Assembly (NCBI GenBank): GCA_046484745.1
Contig: JAWOIJ010000024.1
Location: 2,787-66,786, forward strand
Source: Desulfobacterales bacterium
GTDB lineage: Bacteria > Desulfobacterota > Desulfobacteria > Desulfobacterales > SURF-7
Length of the DNA stretch: 64,000 nt
Direction: 5' to 3'
Every line of letters starts with the position of its first letter. The first letter of the stretch is position 1. The notes below the pieces were generated by a model. That model saw only the letters and a list, made by a program, of their open reading frames with translations. It did no database searches and was not told the origin of the DNA. The position numbers and the translations under genes are program-made. Below, in pieces: positions 58,985-64,000 of this stretch.

Positions 58985-59896
58985 TCAGCTTTGAATGATT
59001 GTGGAGATCGATCGTTTCACCAAATCCGTGTCTGACCGATACTTGCAGATCACATTCAGCGTATCGATCACAACCTCGGGTGACAGGTCGTCAATCTGAA
59101 GTGCGATGAGAGAATGCGCCCAATCCAGGGTTTCCGAAATGGAAGGCGGCTTTTTCAGATCCATTTCACGAATTTTTATAATCGTATCTACGAGCCGGCT
59201 AATCAGTGCCTCCCGGATGCCGGGAACTTTCATTTTGACAATCATGGATTCCAGTTCATGGCCCGGATAATCGATGTAAAGATGCAGACAGCGTCGTTTG
59301 AGGGCGTCGCTCATGTCCCGGTAGTTGTTGGAGGTTAAAACGACAAAAGGGATTTGGATGGCTTTTCGGGTTCCAATCTCCGGTATGGAGACCTGGAAAT
59401 CACTTAGAAGCTCGAGAAGAAATGCTTCAAATTCAGGGTCTGACTTGTCCACCTCATCGATCAGCAGAACAACCGGTTCCGGTGAGCTGATTGCCTTCAA
59501 AAGAGGTCTTGTCTGGATAAAACGTTCTGAAAAGAATGCGTCTTCCTGATCCGCTATTTTATCAACCGCTTCGGAAAGTGATTTGGATTCCGATATAACA
59601 TCCTGGATTCTCTCCTTGACGATTTGCGTGTAGAGAAGCTGTTTTGCGTATTCCCATTCATAGAGGGCTTTGGCCTCATCCAGGCCTTCATAGCATTGAA
59701 GCCTGATCAACTCCCGGCCGAGGGTTTTCGCGACCGCTTTGGAAAGTTCGGTCTTGCCGACGCCAGCAGGACCTTCCACGAGCATGGGCTTTTGAGTCGC
59801 ATCTGCAAGAAACACAATCGTTGCAATCTCTTTTGATGCAATGTAGTTGGCTTCCGCGAGCCTTTTTTGAACATCTTCCACACTCTTGAATTTCAT
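58985..59896 (-). CDS. MoxR family AAA+ ATPase, CoxD-like
   Basis: EGPAGVGKT, RLQCYEGLD, LLIDEVDK, SDALKRRC. Confidence 0.92.
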   Translation of the reverse strand: MKFKSVEDVQKRLAEANYIASKEIATIVFLADATQKPMLVEGPAGVGKTELSKAVAKTLGRELIRLQCYEGLDEAKALYEWEYAKQLLYTQIVKERIQDVISESKSLSEAVDKIADQEDAFFSERFIQTRPLLKAISSPEPVVLLIDEVDKSDPEFEAFLLELLSDFQVSIPEIGTRKAIQIPFVVLTSNNYRDMSDALKRRCLHLYIDYPGHELESMIVKMKVPGIREALISRLVDTIIKIREMDLKKPPSISETLDWAHSLIALQIDDLSPEVVIDTLNVICKYRSDTDLVKRSISTIIQS

Positions 59897-60001
59897 AAAT
59901 GAATTTCCCCCGGTTGATTGCCCTGGATCTGAAATGAACCATACTAACCATTATCCATCCCAATATCAAACAGAAAAACCCGGAACCGGTAAATTCGCGA
60001 T

Positions 60002-60676
60002 CTATTTTATTCTAAATTTTTCTCGCCATTCCTCGCGGCCGTCTCTAAAAATCACCTCATCCTTATTGATTTTTGCAACGACGATTCCATCACAGGTCTG
60101 CCCCTCTCGAAAGATTCGATTGTTGATCACGGCAAAGCTTTTTGTCGAATCTTCCGCCCATACAAGCGCCTGAAGTTCGATTCGCGGGTCGTTCTTCAAT
60201 TTCGGCAGAAAAGGCTGATTATTCTCCTCACGGCCGGCGGGAATTGTTTCGATATTGTTGGATTCTGGTTGTTTTGTCGAAAGTAAGCCCCTTTCAGTCA
60301 TTGGCTTTTTTCCAACCACGGGAGGCTTTTGCTGGATCGATCGTGTGTTCTCCGGGAAAATCTTTTTTTCAGGCAGGCGGAACCGTTCCTGGAGTGCGTC
60401 AGTATCGTTTTTCCGGCTCAATGCCGCCTTGACTTGCTTTTCTTTTGTCAACGTGTTCACGGCCTGCGTTGAATCCCGAAAGGAGTAAAAAATGAACCCC
60501 CCTGAAAAAAGAAACAAAACCATGAACAGGAGTAAAAAAAACATGGCGTTATTTTTGAAACGGATTCTTTTTCCTCTCTCCTTCATGAATTGAAACGAAT
60601 CCGGCCAACCCTTTTCGCTGTGTTTTTCGGCTCCCTCGTGTTCAAGCTTCTTCAGGGCTTTTAATATCGAGCTCAA
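60002..60676 (-). CDS. GspB/ExeB-like protein
   Basis: MSSILKALKKLE N-terminus, single TM, FAVINN..REG C-terminal domain; abuts exeA. Confidence 0.8.
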   Translation of the reverse strand: MSSILKALKKLEHEGAEKHSEKGWPDSFQFMKERGKRIRFKNNAMFFLLLFMVLFLFSGGFIFYSFRDSTQAVNTLTKEKQVKAALSRKNDTDALQERFRLPEKKIFPENTRSIQQKPPVVGKKPMTERGLLSTKQPESNNIETIPAGREENNQPFLPKLKNDPRIELQALVWAEDSTKSFAVINNRIFREGQTCDGIVVAKINKDEVIFRDGREEWREKFRIK

Positions 60677-62551
60677 TTATCCTCCGGTTGAATGCTGCCT
60701 TTCATCAATACCATGCCCGGGTTCAGGCGGTAAAATACGAGGAATGTTAAAATCCCGGCCTTCATTATACAAAACAATTCTCGTGAGAGGACCGACAATT
60801 CCGTCTTCAATGAGTCCATATTTCTTCTGTATGTCGGTCACGGCATTTTTAGCCGATTCATCATAAAAAGGACTCATGACGATCTCACGATAACCGATCT
60901 CCCGGAGATGCATTTTCAGCGTCAGGATGGAGTCTCTTGTCGTATTGATCGGTATGATACCCGAGTAGTTGTAAAAATTTTTCCAGATAACATAAAAAAC
61001 TCCGGTCCAGTATTTGGAAAGCTCGCTTTCGTTCACCGAAATTTTCCCGTTGTCAAACTCCAGGATCATGCTGGTGCCCTGTATCCTGGAAAGGAGCAGA
61101 TATTTGGGGGATAATCCTCCGGGAATAAACAGTTCCATGATTGCCGGGTGATTCAACACCTTGATCAGGTCGAGATCACCTTCCAGCTTTTTCGAATTCA
61201 GGTTGTTCTGTTTGGCTGCGAGCCTGAAGAACGACTGATCATCATCGATATCATTTAAAAAATACTTGACCCCGGTTTCAGCCCTCCAGAGGTCAAATGC
61301 ACGGTTTGCCGCAAATTTTCTGGAATCTCTTGAATTGAGGGCGTGTAAAACATCCGGCAGGGGCCTCAGCTCAACATCGTCCGGATTCAATGCGTCATCC
61401 GGTTGATATTCACCCTCACTGTCCACGGCCTCTGCACCGGCAATCCCTTCCGCTTCTGCCGTAATGCGTGTATTGATCTCTTTGTCAAAGACGGGTTCCG
61501 TGGATTCGCTATCCAACGAGGAGGAAGCCGAATCAGAGGCTGTAGAATATGGTTTTGGTGAAAGCGGTTTTTTCTTTTTCTCTGGGATATCTATTTTATA
61601 AACCCTGTATTCCTTTTTGGCTGTTTCGGAAACTTTTTCCAATATCTCCGGAGGATACAAAATAAACAGCAAAAGGACCCCGGCAAGTACAGCCAGAAGC
61701 GAAATCGACTTTTTCCCAAAGCCCAGCATCCCGGCAACCGGCATTCCTTTCCCCGAAAGCTCTTCAATAGCGGACATGACAATATTACCCGTAATTTTCT
61801 TTTTACTGCTGCTGTAAGCAGTCAGAAGAGCCCGGTCACAGGTGATATTGATTACCCTGGGGATCCCTTTTGAAAACCGGTACACGGCGCGGCATGCGTT
61901 TCGAGTGAATCGAACCCCTTCCCGGTGAGACGCGATTCTGATTCGATGAGCAATATATTCTCTTGTCTCTTTAGGTGTCAGGGGATGCAGGTAGCAATTC
62001 AGCGTGATTCGCTGCGCCAGCTGCCTCAGTTCAAATGAATCCAGCATTTCATCCAGCTCGGGCTGTCCCACGAGTATAATCTGTAAAAGCTTGCTGGTGG
62101 TTGTTTCCAGATTGGAGAGAAGCCGCAGCTGCTCCAGAACCTCCTTGCTGAGATTCTGGGCTTCGTCGATTAAAATGATAGCCTTTTTGCCCTCTGCCTT
62201 GATCCGCATCAGGAAATCATTCAGGTGATCGATCAGCTCTTTGGTATTTTCCCCCGAGGAATCAATGCCGAATTCATCATTAATGGTTTTCAGCAGTTGA
62301 ATCGAATCCAGTTTTGGATTAAAAATGTAGGCGACTTCGCTGCTTTCATCGAGCCTTTCGAGAAACATTCGACAAATCGTTGTCTTCCCGGTTCCGACCT
62401 CCCCGGTGATGATGACGAATCCATCGCCTTGCCGAACCGCATAATTCAAATGACCAAGCGCTTCCTCATGGCTCCTGCCCAGGTACAGAAAGGCAGGATC
62501 CGGCACGAGCTTGAATGGTCTTTCCTTAAATCCGAAAAATGGTTTATACAT
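60677..62551 (-). CDS. ExeA/GspA family AAA ATPase with peptidoglycan-binding domain
   Basis: MYKPFFGFKERPF, GEVGTGKTT, IDEAQNL, GQPEL, TM, C-terminal QKKYGLIEDGIVGP. Confidence 0.9.
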   Translation of the reverse strand: MYKPFFGFKERPFKLVPDPAFLYLGRSHEEALGHLNYAVRQGDGFVIITGEVGTGKTTICRMFLERLDESSEVAYIFNPKLDSIQLLKTINDEFGIDSSGENTKELIDHLNDFLMRIKAEGKKAIILIDEAQNLSKEVLEQLRLLSNLETTTSKLLQIILVGQPELDEMLDSFELRQLAQRITLNCYLHPLTPKETREYIAHRIRIASHREGVRFTRNACRAVYRFSKGIPRVINITCDRALLTAYSSSKKKITGNIVMSAIEELSGKGMPVAGMLGFGKKSISLLAVLAGVLLLFILYPPEILEKVSETAKKEYRVYKIDIPEKKKKPLSPKPYSTASDSASSSLDSESTEPVFDKEINTRITAEAEGIAGAEAVDSEGEYQPDDALNPDDVELRPLPDVLHALNSRDSRKFAANRAFDLWRAETGVKYFLNDIDDDQSFFRLAAKQNNLNSKKLEGDLDLIKVLNHPAIMELFIPGGLSPKYLLLSRIQGTSMILEFDNGKISVNESELSKYWTGVFYVIWKNFYNYSGIIPINTTRDSILTLKMHLREIGYREIVMSPFYDESAKNAVTDIQKKYGLIEDGIVGPLTRIVLYNEGRDFNIPRILPPEPGHGIDERQHSTGG

Positions 62552-62720
62552 TTTGGATACCCTGGCCTGGTAAAGTCCGTAAGTATTTGTTTTAAAAATA
62601 TTATGCCAATCCGTTTTTTGTAAACAATAGCTAACATAAAATCACCAAACTTCAAAGCATAAAATAGTTGATCTTCCTACAATTTTATTGACAGACAGCG
62701 GCCGGCTATTATAGGTCAAT

Positions 62721-62732
62721 TGTTATATAACA
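62721..62732. promoter_or_regulatory. 12-bp palindrome, candidate autoregulatory operator
   Basis: TGTTATATAACA between a TTGACA (62688) and the TetR start. Confidence 0.45.
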
Positions 62733-62768
62733 TGTGTTTTTTATAATTCAAAGGTTTCCCCCGTAAAA

Positions 62769-63383
62769 ATGCCGCCAAAATGCAAATTTGAAAATAAAAA
62801 AATCATTACCGCTGCTTTCTCGGTTCTTCGAAAGCAGGGATGGGAAATGATATCGGCGAGGTCCATTGCGAAATCCCTGAACTCATCGACCACTCCAATC
62901 TACACCTACCTGAAATCAATGAAAAACCTTAAAAAAGAACTGATCAAAAAGACGATATTGGTCCTGGATGATTATCTTTCCCGCAAAAATACCGGCGATA
63001 AACTGCTAGATATGGGAGTGGGCTATATCCTGTTTGCCAAAGAGGAAAAACATCTTTTTCGGTTCTTAAACGATGAAAAACATATGGAACTGATTGTCGA
63101 GCATGGCAGGAAAATTTTTCAATCCAAGGCGAAAAACCTTTCTGATTATCATCTTACCCGCGATTACAGCGAAGAGGATAAAATCAAATACCTGTTTGCC
63201 GGCTGGATGTTCGCGCATGGACTTGCCGATCTGATCAATAATTCTTATGATTTATATTTTCCGGTTTTTACCGATGAAAAAAAAATTACGGAATTTGTGT
63301 TCGAATCCATCGTACGCTACTGGGAAGGGGAAAAGAACATTAAACAGAAAAGTCTCCTGAGAGGTTCAAACAAAAAGGAATGA
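62769..63383 (+). CDS. TetR/AcrR family regulator (WHG-like C-terminus)
   Basis: MPPK..ISARSIAKSLNSSTTPIY, YILFA..E..LFR, W..AHG. Confidence 0.85.
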   Translation: MPPKCKFENKKIITAAFSVLRKQGWEMISARSIAKSLNSSTTPIYTYLKSMKNLKKELIKKTILVLDDYLSRKNTGDKLLDMGVGYILFAKEEKHLFRFLNDEKHMELIVEHGRKIFQSKAKNLSDYHLTRDYSEEDKIKYLFAGWMFAHGLADLINNSYDLYFPVFTDEKKITEFVFESIVRYWEGEKNIKQKSLLRGSNKKE

Positions 63384-63491
63384 AAAGAATCTTTTTCAGG
63401 CATCTGATCTTTGCAACCATTAAAATGAGCTGGCTTGCCGATTTTGAAATGCATTAACAAAATAAAATTCTTCAACACCTCGGACATCTGC

Positions 63492-64000
63492 ATGATTCAC
63501 TGGTTTTTTATGGTTGCCCTCTGTTTTTTTCTCGGCACTTCTCCGGCAAGGTCATCGTTTGGCTCGGAAGCACCCGGTACCGGGACGACAATCAATCAGG
63601 CGTCTCCGGATGCCGATGAAACATCCCTGGAGATGGAAGCGGATGAAGAAGCGGAATACGAAGAAGATGCCGAGGACGACGAAGACGAAGACTCATCTGA
63701 ACTGACAGCAAATGGCTTTATTGAATTTGAAAATTTTATCAGCACCCACCCGGACCAGGAATTTACCGATGCGTTCAAAAAAAATGAGATCCGAACCCGG
63801 TTGGAAATGAGATACGGAAAGGAGAATCTCTACCTGTTCACAACGAGCGATCTTTATCTGAATCCGGATCTGTTTCATCATGATCGTCCAAACGATTACC
63901 GGTATTCGAGCGAATCCGATATTTCAAGAAACCTGCGTATAACCTCTTCCCGTTCTGAATTATCGTTGAATGAGCTTTATGTGAACATTGGATATGAAAA
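63492..64000 (+). CDS. Exported / outer-membrane protein, partial (runs off the window)
   Basis: Open frame from ATG 63492: signal peptide, acidic tract EADEEAEYEEDAEDDEDED, then beta-strand-like sequence ending ELSLNELYVNIGYE. Confidence 0.65.
   Translation, partial: MIHWFFMVALCFFLGTSPARSSFGSEAPGTGTTINQASPDADETSLEMEADEEAEYEEDAEDDEDEDSSELTANGFIEFENFISTHPDQEFTDAFKKNEIRTRLEMRYGKENLYLFTTSDLYLNPDLFHHDRPNDYRYSSESDISRNLRITSSRSELSLNELYVNIGYE

Noticed and set aside
63380-63457. 25-codon ORF overlapping the TetR stop
   Set aside because: No motif, and out of frame with the downstream gene; cannot be supported

Overview
A 64-kb, mostly coding bacterial window. The gene families suggest an anaerobic Desulfobacterota (Desulfobacterales-like) organism; this is inference. 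In order: a partial EF-G paralogue; xseA-xseB-ispA-dxs-tlyA; yccA; a glmU-like gene and glmM; signalling genes (REC, PilZ, TPR, class III cyclase-like); a two-domain CDP-alcohol phosphotransferase; an exported SOR-like protein; an aromatic amino-acid operon with the archaeal-type entry (ADH synthase, DHQ synthase II, pheA, aroE, aroA, aroK, aroC); fabH-like, csp and alkB genes; a deleted NtrC relic; a 16-kb pfaD-pfaA-pfaB/C PUFA-synthase-like cluster with 5 ACPs; a sigma54-preceded PilZ protein; an lva/ACAD10-11-like cluster; a MoxR-VWA-DUF166-Cys-rich run; exeAB; a TetR gene and a partial outer-membrane gene. Two strong signals are absent from the ORF track. The first is a 28-codon leader peptide with Phe, Tyr and Trp codons followed by a two-terminator attenuator that could switch as a cascade, upstream of the aro operon. 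The second is an in-frame UGA with a SECIS-like hairpin that joins two ORFs into one DUF166 selenoprotein inside a CoxD/CoxE-like chaperone operon. Also notable is an intact O2-dependent AlkB next to the pfa cluster in an apparent anaerobe. No rRNA, tRNA, CRISPR or IS element was seen. All calls are by eye, with no database searches run.
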